A stretch of DNA of 64,000 nt. Source: an uncultured Chloroflexia bacterium. GTDB lineage: Bacteria > Chloroflexota > Anaerolineae > Anaerolineales > UBA4823. The position numbers and the translations under genes are program-made. Below are positions 35,940 to 45,062 of this stretch, in pieces (position 1 is the first letter of the stretch; each line of letters opens with the position of its first letter). The notes under the pieces were generated by a model, which saw nothing but the letters and a program-made list of their open reading frames with translations, did no database searches and was not told the origin of the DNA. The stretch is taken from positions 8,062 to 72,061 of the forward strand of contig CAVQOI010000003.1 in NCBI GenBank assembly GCA_963714425.1, read 5' to 3'.

Positions 35940-36251
35940 TTAGATCACCGGCACGCCTTCTAACTTGTCCTGGTTCGCCTGAACCTCATCGGTGACCACG
36001 ATCTCTTTCTCCCCCGCTTTTGTCAGGCGCACCGAGGCGCCCACTTCGAAGGTGCCCGCCAGGTAGGGCACACGTGACCCCGCCACATATCGCCTGCCGG
36101 ACTTGATGCGCTCGACGAGCGTCTTGCGGTCGTAGATCAGGTAATCCGTGAACACGGCCCCGCGCCGCTCGAACAGGCGCACCCAATCGATCTCTCCGTT
36201 TGACTTGTAGCGCACGGCCTCTACCACCCCGTCGTATTTCACCTTGGCCAT
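35940..36251 (-). CDS. hypothetical 103-aa protein
   Basis: ORF 35940..36308 with the start taken at MAKVKYDGVVEAV (36251). No family recognised. Confidence 0.5.
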   Translation of the reverse strand: MAKVKYDGVVEAVRYKSNGEIDWVRLFERRGAVFTDYLIYDRKTLVERIKSGRRYVAGSRVPYLAGTFEVGASVRLTKAGEKEIVVTDEVQANQDKLEGVPVI

Positions 36252-36325
36252 CGGCTGCTCTCCCTGGCGCCAGATTGTGCTGTGCGGGCGGCATAGCCGC
36301 CCGCACAATCATTCTTCTCTTCCTG

Positions 36326-36399
36326 TCGGGGCGGGCGGACTTGAACCGCCGGCCCCCGCGTCCCAAACGCGGTGCGCTACCGGACTGCGCTACGCCCCG
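36326..36399 (-). tRNA. tRNA-Pro (anticodon UGG)
   Basis: The reverse complement folds by hand as a cloverleaf: acceptor CGGGGCG/CGCCCCG, D stem GCGC/GCGC, anticodon stem CCGCG/CGCGG with loop TTTGGGA, T stem GGCGG/CCGCC with TTCAAGT. 74 nt, no encoded CCA. Confidence 0.9.
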
Positions 36400-36466
36400 A
36401 GTGATGCCTGCCTGTGATAGGCGAAGAGAGTATAATGCGAACCAGCCGGAAACGTCAAGGAGATTT

Positions 36467-37210
36467 ATGCTCGCCCGTTTGTACCACGCCCATCACAGCC
36501 GCCATATGGAAGACCTGCCTTTCTGGCTGGACCTCGCCCAACATACCGGCGGACCGCTCCTGGAGCTGGGCTGCGGCAGCGGGCGCCTGCTGTTGCCTTT
36601 GGCGGGACAAGGCCACCGCGTGGTTGGATTGGAGCGCGACCCCGCCATGCTGGCTGTGCTGGAAGAGCAGATCACTCCACGCATGCGCCTGCGCTCTCGC
36701 GTTCGTATCGTCCAGGGGGACATGGCAGCCTTCGATCTGGGGGAGCGCTTCAATCTGATCCTGCTGCCGTGTAACACCTACAGCACGCTTGAATCCAACC
36801 AGCGCCGGGATATGCTGGAATGCGTCCGCCGCCACTTGCTTCCGGGAGGGCTGTTCGCCCTCAGCCTGCCCAACCCCGCTTTGCTGCGGCGGTTGCCACC
36901 TCGCCTCGAGTCCGAAGTGGAAGATATTTTTCCCCATCCGCTGGATGGCGAGCCGGTGCAGGTGAGCAGCGGCTGGGAGCGCACCGCCGGGCGTCTCACC
37001 ATCCACTGGCACTACGACCACCTGTTGCCTGACGGCCGCGTGGAGCGCCTGTCCACGCAAACAGTCCACATCCTGGACACGATAGAAGCCATCTTTGCCG
37101 AGCTTGAGTCTGCCGGATTGCAGCCTGCGGATCAATACGGGGATTTCGACCGCACGCTCTATACGCCCGATTCGCCTTACTTGATCCTCACCGCCACCCC
37201 GCGTTTCTAA
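36467..37210 (+). CDS. class I SAM-dependent methyltransferase
   Basis: The internal ATG after aaggag gives MLARLYH. LELGCGSGRLLLPLA is motif I. Confidence 0.8.
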   Translation: MLARLYHAHHSRHMEDLPFWLDLAQHTGGPLLELGCGSGRLLLPLAGQGHRVVGLERDPAMLAVLEEQITPRMRLRSRVRIVQGDMAAFDLGERFNLILLPCNTYSTLESNQRRDMLECVRRHLLPGGLFALSLPNPALLRRLPPRLESEVEDIFPHPLDGEPVQVSSGWERTAGRLTIHWHYDHLLPDGRVERLSTQTVHILDTIEAIFAELESAGLQPADQYGDFDRTLYTPDSPYLILTATPRF

Positions 37211-37394
37211 TAAAAATTCTACACTTCTCTTGCGCCTCTCTGATACACGCCCGGTACACTATAGGTGCATAAAAAATAAATATTCACACAGGTAATCAAA
37301 GATCGCTCGATAAACACTGCTGCTTATTTGGATCAGTTGATTAAAAAACCCTATGTGACCTTTGTGTTGATAAATGACGAATAAGGAGAACCCC

Positions 37395-37826
37395 ATGACC
37401 ATCTATATTTCCCCCTACCGCCGAATGGCAACCATGCGTGACGCCATGAATCGTATGTTTGAGGATACCATCGCCGAGACGACCCCCACCGAGCGCGAGA
37501 TGATGCTTGCCGTGGATGTGCAGGCAGAAGACGAAGCCTACGAGATCGTAGCCCTCGTGCCTGGCCTGGACGCCGATGACCTGAACATCGAGGTGCTCAA
37601 TAACACCGTCACCCTGCGCGGTGAGTTCAAGTCGACCGCCATGGAAGACAGCAAGTATCTGGTGTCCGAGTTGCCCGCGGGTCGCTTCAGCCGCGTCCTG
37701 ACCATGCCCGCTGATCTGGACTCCGCCAAGGCTGAGGCTAGCATCAAGAACGGCGTGTTGCGATTGCGTGTCCCCAAAGCCGAATCGCACCGCCCCAAGA
37801 GCATCAAGATCATAACGTCGAATTAG
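37395..37826 (+). CDS. Hsp20/alpha-crystallin small heat-shock protein
   Basis: RBS aaggag + ATG 37395. ACD pattern ...AVDVQAEDEAYEIVALVPGLDADDLNIEV..NTVTLRGE...GRFSRVLTMPADLD..KAEASIKNGVLRLRVPK. Confidence 0.9.
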   Translation: MTIYISPYRRMATMRDAMNRMFEDTIAETTPTEREMMLAVDVQAEDEAYEIVALVPGLDADDLNIEVLNNTVTLRGEFKSTAMEDSKYLVSELPAGRFSRVLTMPADLDSAKAEASIKNGVLRLRVPKAESHRPKSIKIITSN

Positions 37827-37857
37827 TTATTCACGAGTATCACCTATCCCCATTGAA

Positions 37858-37896
37858 TCCGGAATTAGGGACGCAATCCCTAATTCCGGATTTTTT
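37858..37896 (+). terminator. rho-independent terminator after hsp20
   Basis: tccggaattaggga / tccctaattccgga is a perfect 14-bp stem with a 5-nt loop, followed by TTTTTT. Confidence 0.85.
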
Positions 37897-37956
37897 CCTT
37901 AATTTTTGGGAGCTTCAACACAGGCATTAATTCGCGTTATACTTATCCCAAGGCAG

Positions 37957-38685
37957 ATGATTCCACTCCGAGATACGATCCGCTCGCGTACCATCCCATT
38001 CGTCAACCTTGCGATCATTGGGCTGAATGCGCTCGTATTCCTGTTTGAGCTCAGGCTGTCGCCACAAGGCTTGAACCGGTTTACATTTGCATTCGGCATG
38101 GTGCCTGCCCGCCTGCAGCTTACCTCGCCCCTGGCGCTGCTGAGCAACCCGCTGCCGCTCGCAACCCTGTTTACTCACATATTCCTGCACGGCGGCTGGT
38201 TACACTTTCTCAGCAATATGTGGACCTTATTCATATTTGGTGACAATGTGGAAGACCGCATGGGACACGGGCGCTACTTCCTGTTCTATATCCTGGCAGG
38301 TCTGGTTTCTGGGCTATTGCAGGCGCTTGCTATGACGGGCAGTAACATCCCAGCTATCGGCGCCAGCGGAGCGATCGCCGGAGTACTGGGGGCTTACTTT
38401 ATCCTCTACCCTGCCGGCCGGGTATTGACGCTCATCCCCCTGTTCATCTTCCCCTGGCTCGTGGAGATCCCGGCTATCATTTACCTGGGATTCTGGTTCA
38501 TCACCCAGCTCTTTTCGGGCATTGCCTCCTTGAACGTTGCTGGCTCAGCCAGTATGGGAGGCGTGGCCTGGTGGGCGCACATCGGAGGCTTTGTATTCGG
38601 AATCTTTGCCTACCGTTACTTTCTCCGTAGGTTGCGCCCGTCTTATTCCACCCAATACCAGCACTTTCCAAATGATCCGTTTTAG
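37957..38685 (+). CDS. rhomboid family intramembrane serine protease
   Basis: MIPLRD start. HGGWLHFLSNMW, GASGAIAGVLGAY (catalytic Ser) and WAHIGGF (catalytic His). Confidence 0.85.
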   Translation: MIPLRDTIRSRTIPFVNLAIIGLNALVFLFELRLSPQGLNRFTFAFGMVPARLQLTSPLALLSNPLPLATLFTHIFLHGGWLHFLSNMWTLFIFGDNVEDRMGHGRYFLFYILAGLVSGLLQALAMTGSNIPAIGASGAIAGVLGAYFILYPAGRVLTLIPLFIFPWLVEIPAIIYLGFWFITQLFSGIASLNVAGSASMGGVAWWAHIGGFVFGIFAYRYFLRRLRPSYSTQYQHFPNDPF

Positions 38686-38706
38686 GTTTACGTAAGGAGG
38701 TTCGTA

Positions 38707-39612
38707 ATGAATGACAGACCCGCTCTGGTGAATATCAATACCGCCGGACCGGACGAATTAATGACAGTCTCCGGAATTGGCCCGGAGATGGCTGGACGCA
38801 TTCAAGCGGCGAGACCGTTCGAATCGTTAGAAGATTTGCAACGCGTAAGTGGCATTGGTCCAGCAATATTGGAGCGCTGGCAGCCTTACCTGACCCTCGC
38901 ATCCTCGGAGAACGGCGGAGAAGGCATACCTGCTGAAGTCCAGGAGGAAATGCCAGCTAGCGAGTTGGCCTCTTTTGAAGAGATCCCTGCCGAGGAGTTG
39001 GATGAAACCGTCACGGGCGAGGAGATGCCTGTTCTCTTTGATGCTGAGCAGGAAGAACCCGAAATGCCCACGGACGAGATCACCGAACCTGAGGATGTCA
39101 CTCCTCTGGAGGATAAACCAGCCCCTGCTCCCAAGCCAGCCATAACTCCCACGCCTCAGAAACAGGAGCAGCGCTTTGCCTCTCGTGGGCAGGTCTTCTG
39201 GTGGGGGCTGGCGGCGCTGGTAGTCGCCACCCTTCTCGGTGCAGCCTTGAGCCTGGGTGTGCTGGCGCTGATCAACAATAGCTTGACCTTTGCCCTGCCT
39301 ACCGAAGTTACCGCGCTCAGCCGTCAGATTGATGGGGTGAGCTCGCAGGCTGACATCCTGCAGCAAGACATGGACGGGATGCGCACTCGCCTCGACAACC
39401 TGGAAAGCTTGAGTGGGCGTGTGGGTGAGATGGAGCGTTCTGTGAGCGCCATTCAGAAGGATGCAGACGCACTACAGACCCGTGTAGTGATGCTGGGTGA
39501 GCAAGTGGATGGTCTGGACGGCGCAGTAACAGAGTTGCAGGCCCGCACTGACCGCTTCCAGGGGTTCCTGGAAGGGCTTCGCAACCTGATGGATGGAATA
39601 TTTACTCCTTAA
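38707..39612 (+). CDS. N-terminal ComEA-like helix-hairpin-helix domain + acidic linker + TM + coiled-coil protein
   Basis: VNINTAGPDELMTVSGIGPEMAGRI...LEDLQRVSGIGPAILERW gives two HhH motifs. TM WWGLAALVVATLLGAALSLGVLALI. The C-terminus has heptad-like repeats. Confidence 0.6.
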   Translation: MNDRPALVNINTAGPDELMTVSGIGPEMAGRIQAARPFESLEDLQRVSGIGPAILERWQPYLTLASSENGGEGIPAEVQEEMPASELASFEEIPAEELDETVTGEEMPVLFDAEQEEPEMPTDEITEPEDVTPLEDKPAPAPKPAITPTPQKQEQRFASRGQVFWWGLAALVVATLLGAALSLGVLALINNSLTFALPTEVTALSRQIDGVSSQADILQQDMDGMRTRLDNLESLSGRVGEMERSVSAIQKDADALQTRVVMLGEQVDGLDGAVTELQARTDRFQGFLEGLRNLMDGIFTP

Positions 39613-39651
39613 GGGTCTCGAGAATCCTTAAGGTTTTTGGAAGGAGGGATA

Positions 39652-40557
39652 ATGTCCAACGAAAGTTCTACGCCGAGCCCCTCAGCCAGTGAGCGTGTTG
39701 GGCAAGCGATATTGGGATTCATAAGAGCGTTAGTGCGCATCTTGCTGGTGCTGGTGTTTGCCGTCTTGCTTGGTGTAGGCATCTATTTTGGCGTACCCGC
39801 TGTGTACCGGAACTACGTTCAGCCCGTCGAAAAGAATATTGCCAGCCTGAATGATGCCAACGCCCGCCAGGAGGATGTGAACGACCAGCTCGACCAGCGA
39901 CTGGATGGCTTGCAAAGCCGTCTGGGAGACTTGGAGCAACAAAATGACACCTACAAGCAGACCCTCGATGAGCTGCAATTCCAGCTGGGTAATTTGGAAG
40001 CTGAAATCCAATCCATTGGGGAGCAAGATGTAGGCACCCGCCTGGGTGAGGTGGAAGCCGCGCTGGAGACGGCCGGCGCCGACCTCGTGCAAATGCAGCG
40101 TGACCTGGCGGTTATAAATGAAACGCTGGCGGATACCAACGTTGAGGTGAATGTTCTCACAAGCCAGATGCAGGCAGACGAGCTACCGCTCCAGGCGCTG
40201 CGCTATGAGCTCCAGATGGTTAAGGCCATGGAGTATCTCACCCGCAGCCGCTTGTCCCTGGTGGAGAATAATTTGGGAGTGGCCGAGCAGGACCTGATCG
40301 CCGCACGAGCCGTCCTGGCACGCTTGCAAAGCGAAGTGTCAGAAGACGAGGCGGATGCGCTGGGAACGGTGCTCACAAGGCTGGATAATGCCATGGACAA
40401 CCTGCCCGCCCGGCCTCTCCTGGCCGCACAGGAGCTGGAGGGCGCCTGGCAGTTGCTGCGCATCCGCGCGGTAGGGGAGCTAACGCCAGAGCCCACTCCG
40501 GCTGGGGGCGCCGTGCGCGGGACCCCCACGCCTTTTCCAGTCACACCGACCCCTTAG
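39652..40557 (+). CDS. membrane-anchored coiled-coil protein
   Basis: RBS ggaaggaggg + ATG 39652. One N-terminal TM, a long Q/L/E-rich helical region and a Pro/Thr-rich tail. Confidence 0.55.
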   Translation: MSNESSTPSPSASERVGQAILGFIRALVRILLVLVFAVLLGVGIYFGVPAVYRNYVQPVEKNIASLNDANARQEDVNDQLDQRLDGLQSRLGDLEQQNDTYKQTLDELQFQLGNLEAEIQSIGEQDVGTRLGEVEAALETAGADLVQMQRDLAVINETLADTNVEVNVLTSQMQADELPLQALRYELQMVKAMEYLTRSRLSLVENNLGVAEQDLIAARAVLARLQSEVSEDEADALGTVLTRLDNAMDNLPARPLLAAQELEGAWQLLRIRAVGELTPEPTPAGGAVRGTPTPFPVTPTP

Positions 40558-40696
40558 GGGATGGTGCCTGAGCGAGAGGCTGTGACCGGCATTTGACGAA
40601 CTGGCGAGGCGGAAGGTGGACGGCGGTAATGCCCTCCATATTCCAGCAGAGTACAGAAAACCCAGAGGAATCCTGAAGAGATAAGGAGACCAAGCC

Positions 40697-41360
40697 GTGG
40701 AAGAAGGCGAAAAAGAGGAAGTACAAGAGCAAGAGCAGGAACAAGCTGAATCCAAGCCGCCGGTAGAGGAGGTCGCCAAACCGGAGGAAGCCAAACCCGA
40801 GAGCCGGCTGAACCGCTTTCTGCTGCGCTCAATGCGCTGGCTGATTGGAATCCTGATTGTCGCCGGGTTGGGCGCATTGCTCGTGATTTTCACGATGTAT
40901 GTGCCCTTGCAGCAGAGGCTATCTCAGAGCCAGGGTGATTTAGACCAGGCTTCATCCCGGGTGACCGAGCTGGAGAACGAGGTGGAGCGGCTCTCCACGT
41001 TTGAGGCGAAGAATAAAGCGCTACAGGCAGAGAATAATGCGCTACAGGCAGAGATGGATCTAGCCGAGCTGCATGTGGCTGTGCTGAGTGCCGCGTGCAG
41101 ACGTCGCCGCGGCTCAGCTGGCACTGGCGCAGGACGATGCTGCGAAGGCGCGCCTGGCGCTAGGCAAGACCGGTGACACGATCAATAAGCTGGAAGGGCT
41201 GCTTAAGCCCGGTGAGAAGGCGCTGGCTGCCGACCTGCAGTCTCGCTTGAAGCTGGCTCTCGCCGGGATCGGAGTAGATGATTTTGCTGCCGCCTCCGAT
41301 TTGAGCGTGCTGGCAAACGGGCTGATCGAATTGGAAAACGCTTACTTCGCCGGGCCCTAG
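40697..41360 (+). pseudogene. membrane-anchored coiled-coil protein, frame broken by a 1-nt insertion near 41090-41093
   Basis: ORFs 40697..41176 and 41088..41360 join as ...LHVAVLSA|RADVAAAQLALAQDDAAKARLAL... The first frame continues as implausible AACRRRRGSAG. Confidence 0.5.
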
Positions 41361-41400
41361 TTACACCCCCGATAAGCGGGAAGGGGAAAATCCCATAAAG

Positions 41401-41440
41401 AAGTCCTCCGGTGGCTAAGTCACCGGAGGACTTCTTTTTA
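41401..41440. terminator. bidirectional rho-independent terminator between convergent genes
   Basis: aagtcctccggtg / caccggaggactt is a 13-bp stem, flanked by aaag on one side and cttttt on the other. Confidence 0.8.
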
Positions 41441-41473
41441 GCGGTTGCCTTTGTACCCTTAGAGGATGGGGGG

Positions 41474-42574
41474 TCAATATCTCAGCAAGGCGGCGATGTC
41501 CCCGTGCTCCTGCAATCCATGTTCACCGTGCAGCACTTCGACCTCGCCCCCGGATTGCATCACTTTGCGCACCGCCAGCTCCACTGCGTCGGGGATGTTC
41601 TCAACCTTACCACCGCAGAATGAGCACACCTGGCTGCGTTTTGATGTGATGTAACCGCAGCTCTTGCAGCGCCGCCCCGCTGCGCGGTAACCGTCACTCA
41701 CCAGCAGGGTAAGCACGCGCCCCTGGTGCACTGCATTCAGCGTTTCCTCCAGAGACACCACACCACCACGCCCCTTGGCTGCTCCTGTTATGGCGGCTTT
41801 TACCAGCCCCGCCTCCCGCCGGCGCTCGGCTTGCTGCCCGATGTCCATGGCGCGTTCAAGCACCTCGTTACTGCTGGCGGTCATGCTTATCGGAAAGGTA
41901 CCGACGATCAGGCTTTGCCATGACTTGGGTAGAAAAGAACGGAAGGGCGCCAGGTTATCATCCGTGCCGCCCAGCAGGATGCGGCGGACATTGTTCTCGC
42001 CGAAGAAACGAGCGGCAAACTCGGCGGCTTCTTTGATGTTTCGTTCCGGAATCTCCTCGTTGTAGCTGGTTCGACCAGCGCTACTCCCACGGCGACCTTG
42101 CGCCATGGAGCCGCCGCCGCGTTTGGTGCGGCGCACATTGGCACCCAACACACCTTCCTGCTCACGCAGCTCGCCCAGATGAAAACTGAACAGGCGCCCG
42201 CCTTGCTTATCGATCAGGGCAACGCCGTAGCCGCCATAGGCGTCCAGCAAATCCGCAAGTGGCTTCACATGTGGACGGTCTCCCACGCGCAAACGACTGC
42301 GTACTGGCACAGCCAGGGTGTAGGTGCGAAAAAAGTCATCGTCCGCGCAGGAAAATATCGCCACGCTCCACCCCGTCCAGTCATACTCAAACTCGATAAA
42401 TCGTTCTACCCTGTCAGCATCTTTTGGAAGCTCAACCTCTTTCAGCATGCTGCGCAGCCGGAGCTTGTGGATATCAGCGCTTCCTTCTGTGGGGCTGGTG
42501 TTCAGATAGATGCTGAGCACCGGGGTGTGGGGATGATAATCGAGAAGTTCGCGTTGATCGGTTTCAGTCAACAT
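41474..42574 (-). CDS. bacterial eRF1/Pelota-like protein (baeRF / Vms1-like release factor family candidate) with an inserted zinc ribbon
   Basis: PVLSIYLNTSP N-terminus. Central loop VRRTKRGGGSMAQGRRG. VSLEETLNAVHQGRVLTLLVSD is like eRF1 domain 3. CKSCGY...CSFCGG forms the zinc ribbon. Confidence 0.65.
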   Translation of the reverse strand: MLTETDQRELLDYHPHTPVLSIYLNTSPTEGSADIHKLRLRSMLKEVELPKDADRVERFIEFEYDWTGWSVAIFSCADDDFFRTYTLAVPVRSRLRVGDRPHVKPLADLLDAYGGYGVALIDKQGGRLFSFHLGELREQEGVLGANVRRTKRGGGSMAQGRRGSSAGRTSYNEEIPERNIKEAAEFAARFFGENNVRRILLGGTDDNLAPFRSFLPKSWQSLIVGTFPISMTASSNEVLERAMDIGQQAERRREAGLVKAAITGAAKGRGGVVSLEETLNAVHQGRVLTLLVSDGYRAAGRRCKSCGYITSKRSQVCSFCGGKVENIPDAVELAVRKVMQSGGEVEVLHGEHGLQEHGDIAALLRY

Positions 42575-42622
42575 ATTAACCTCCTCATAGCGTGGTATAC
42601 GGCGAGATACAGCCGGGGTGGA

Positions 42623-43765
42623 TTAACGAGATGGACGCTTGTCCAAAGTAATGTTCACATCCATCGGTTCATCTTCGCGCAGGATTGTCAGGGTCACAGT
42701 ATCTCCTGGGCTTTTATTTCGTAGCAGGTAGCTGATGAAATCTGCAAAGCTCATGACCTCCGTCCCATCAATAGCGACGATCAAATCTCCTCCGGCAAGC
42801 AGGCCAGGTAGGTTAGTGCGTTGGCTGCCAGCGCGCAAGCCAGCCAGGTCAGCAGGACTGTCTGGGGTGACTTCGGTGATATATACACCGGTGGCGCGCC
42901 TTAAGCCGAGGGCCTCCTGCTCCAGGAGCGACAAATCGCTCAGGCTGACGATGCCTACGTAAGGGTAATCATAGCTGCCCGATGAGATCAGGGAGGGCAC
43001 GACGCGCTTGACGATATTGGCAGACACTGCAAAACCCAGCCCGGAATTGACCGGCTGGCCCTGGTCGTTGAACTGGGTGGTGAAGATGGCGCGGTTTATG
43101 CCGATTACTTCTCCGTTGAGATTGAGCAGCGGTCCGCCGGAGTTGCCGGGGTTAATGGCGGCATCGGTCTGGATAATGTCCCCGGCGGAGAAAACCCCGC
43201 CGGTGGGGGCTTCGTGCAAGGACGACATGCTGCGCGCCAGCCCCGAGATAATACCCATTGTCATAGTCCCGTCAAATCCGAATGGGTTGCCAATCGCGAT
43301 CACTGTCTGACCCACCTTCACCAGGTCGGAATCCCCCCAGGCGAGCGGTTGAAGCGCCTCCTCAGGCACGTCCACGTGGATGACGGCAATGTCAGAATCC
43401 AGGTCGGTGCCGAGGATCTCGCCGCGAGTTTTCAGACCGGAGGCGAATGCCACTTCCAAATCACGCACATTCTCGACGACGTGGTAATTGGTGACAATGT
43501 GCCCTTCCCTGTCAATGACGAAGCCGGAGCCTCGGCTGCCGCCATCTTCGCCCAATGCGCGCAGCGCCACCACGCCTGCGTTAGCCTCCTCATAGATATT
43601 GACGAGAGTATCCTGCAGGTCGACCAGGTCGGCGGCGGGGGGGAGATAGACCGGAGTGACGATGATTTGGACGCGGGGTGTCGGCTGCAGCGGGGGGACG
43701 ACCTGCTCTTGCGGCGCACTGCTCACCCGGCATGCCAGCGCAGACGCTGCCAACAGGAAAAGCAT
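42623..43765 (-). CDS. HtrA/DegP-family serine protease (trypsin-like domain + PDZ)
   Basis: Catalytic triad contexts TNYHVV, DIAVIHV and GNSGGPL, plus a C-terminal PDZ. The ORF track extends to 43858, but codons 1-31 lie in a GC-rich repeat hairpin, so ATG 43765 (MLFLLAASALAC) is preferred. Confidence 0.8.
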   Translation of the reverse strand: MLFLLAASALACRVSSAPQEQVVPPLQPTPRVQIIVTPVYLPPAADLVDLQDTLVNIYEEANAGVVALRALGEDGGSRGSGFVIDREGHIVTNYHVVENVRDLEVAFASGLKTRGEILGTDLDSDIAVIHVDVPEEALQPLAWGDSDLVKVGQTVIAIGNPFGFDGTMTMGIISGLARSMSSLHEAPTGGVFSAGDIIQTDAAINPGNSGGPLLNLNGEVIGINRAIFTTQFNDQGQPVNSGLGFAVSANIVKRVVPSLISSGSYDYPYVGIVSLSDLSLLEQEALGLRRATGVYITEVTPDSPADLAGLRAGSQRTNLPGLLAGGDLIVAIDGTEVMSFADFISYLLRNKSPGDTVTLTILREDEPMDVNITLDKRPSR

Positions 43766-43780
43766 CAATAAGGTTTTCTT

Positions 43781-43848
43781 GTACCCTCCCCTGCTTTTGG
43801 GGGAGGGTACAGCCTGCCTACCGGCAAGCCCGCGGGATGGTGATGGTG
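43781..43848. repeat. GC-rich hairpin repeat family member
   Basis: gtaccctcccc tgctttt ggggagggtac is an 11-bp stem, followed by agcctgcctaccggcaagcc...ggatggtgatggtgg. Confidence 0.65.
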
Positions 43849-43860
43849 GTCGGAGCATAC

Positions 43861-44802
43861 TTATTTTGTTTGTGCCAGATCCTCAAAGAGCCGGCGCTGC
43901 TCATCCGTGAGCTTGCGCGGGATGGTCACTTTGGTGCGCACGTACAGGTCGCCGTGTCGCTTTGGGTCTTTGATCTTTGGCATGCCTCGCCCAGATAACC
44001 TGAAGGTCTGCCCGGATTGCGTTCCCGGGGGGACGGTGAGCATCACGCTGCCTCCAAGGGTCTGCACAGGCACCTCGCTACCCAGCACGGCTTTGTAGAG
44101 ATCAATATCCAAATCCGTGTAAAGGTCTTCGCCCTTGCGCTCATACAGCGGGTCATCCTCTACCTGGATGACAAGATACAGGTCGCCTTTGGACACGTTA
44201 GGTGAGGTGACAACCTCGGGCACACGAATGCGCGTGCCAGTGCGCGACCCGGCAGGGATCTTCACCTCCAGCCGGCGACCGTCCACTTCGATGCGCCGAA
44301 GGGTGCCCTGGAATGCTTCGCGTAGGCTGATGGGTACGTTGTATTGGAAGGATTGTGGAATGCTTTGGGTCGCCCGCCGGCCGCCCACCCTGCTTGTGCC
44401 CATATCGGGCACACCCCCCATCCCGCCAAAAATACGCCTGAAGAACTCGGAGAAGTCACCCAGACCACCCCCAAACAGGTCGTCCAGGCTACCTACCTCC
44501 ACACGCACATGCCCGCCCCCTGGAGCACCACCCCACTCGTCCCAATTAAACCCGCCCGGTGCGCCGCGCTGCTGCCAGTGCTGGTATGAATCGCCCAGCT
44601 GGTCGTATCGCTGGCGCTTCTGCGGGTCGCTCAAAACCTGGTAAGCTTCGTTGATCTCTTTGAATTTTTCCTCAGCCTTTGGGTCTCCCGGGTTGCGGTC
44701 GGGGTGATATTCTAGCGCCAGTTTGCGGTACGCACGCTTGATCTCATCTTCGCTTGCCTTGCGTGCAACGCTTAAAACTTTGTAATAATCTTTATATTCC
44801 AT
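43861..44802 (-). CDS. J-domain co-chaperone, CbpA/DnaJ class II-like (no zinc finger)
   Basis: [21 protein letters not shown] (HPD motif), a G/F region and two C-terminal beta domains. No CxxCxGxG repeats. Confidence 0.85.
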   Translation of the reverse strand: MEYKDYYKVLSVARKASEDEIKRAYRKLALEYHPDRNPGDPKAEEKFKEINEAYQVLSDPQKRQRYDQLGDSYQHWQQRGAPGGFNWDEWGGAPGGGHVRVEVGSLDDLFGGGLGDFSEFFRRIFGGMGGVPDMGTSRVGGRRATQSIPQSFQYNVPISLREAFQGTLRRIEVDGRRLEVKIPAGSRTGTRIRVPEVVTSPNVSKGDLYLVIQVEDDPLYERKGEDLYTDLDIDLYKAVLGSEVPVQTLGGSVMLTVPPGTQSGQTFRLSGRGMPKIKDPKRHGDLYVRTKVTIPRKLTDEQRRLFEDLAQTK

Positions 44803-44927
44803 AGAACCGGCTCAATGACAAATAGATGCCTCTCCACAAATGGTTATTTTCTTAATATGATTGTATGCGCATCTACTATGCAAAGTCAAGTCTTATGAAA
44901 AACATTTATGAGATTCTAACGATTTAT

Positions 44928-44994
44928 CCCCCCTTCCCCTGGGAAGGGGCCGAAAGCCTGCGACCAAAGGGAAGCAGGGAGAGGGATGAGGTAG
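44928..44994. repeat. GC-rich hairpin repeat family member
   Basis: ccccccttcccctgggaaggggccgaaagcctgcgaccaaagggaagcagggagagggatgaggtag. Collinear with 1214-1285. Confidence 0.75.
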
Positions 44995-45062
44995 ATGTTG
45001 TTTCACTTTTCAATAATGACAACTGGAGGATGATTCTGTCTCATCCGTGCTATGATTACCAC

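Noticed and set aside
42623-43858. Full 411-aa HtrA ORF start at 43858
   Set aside because: The first 31 codons are encoded by a GC-rich hairpin repeat element, and a hydrophobic signal-like N-terminus begins at ATG 43765. The shorter model is preferred, although the longer one cannot be excluded.
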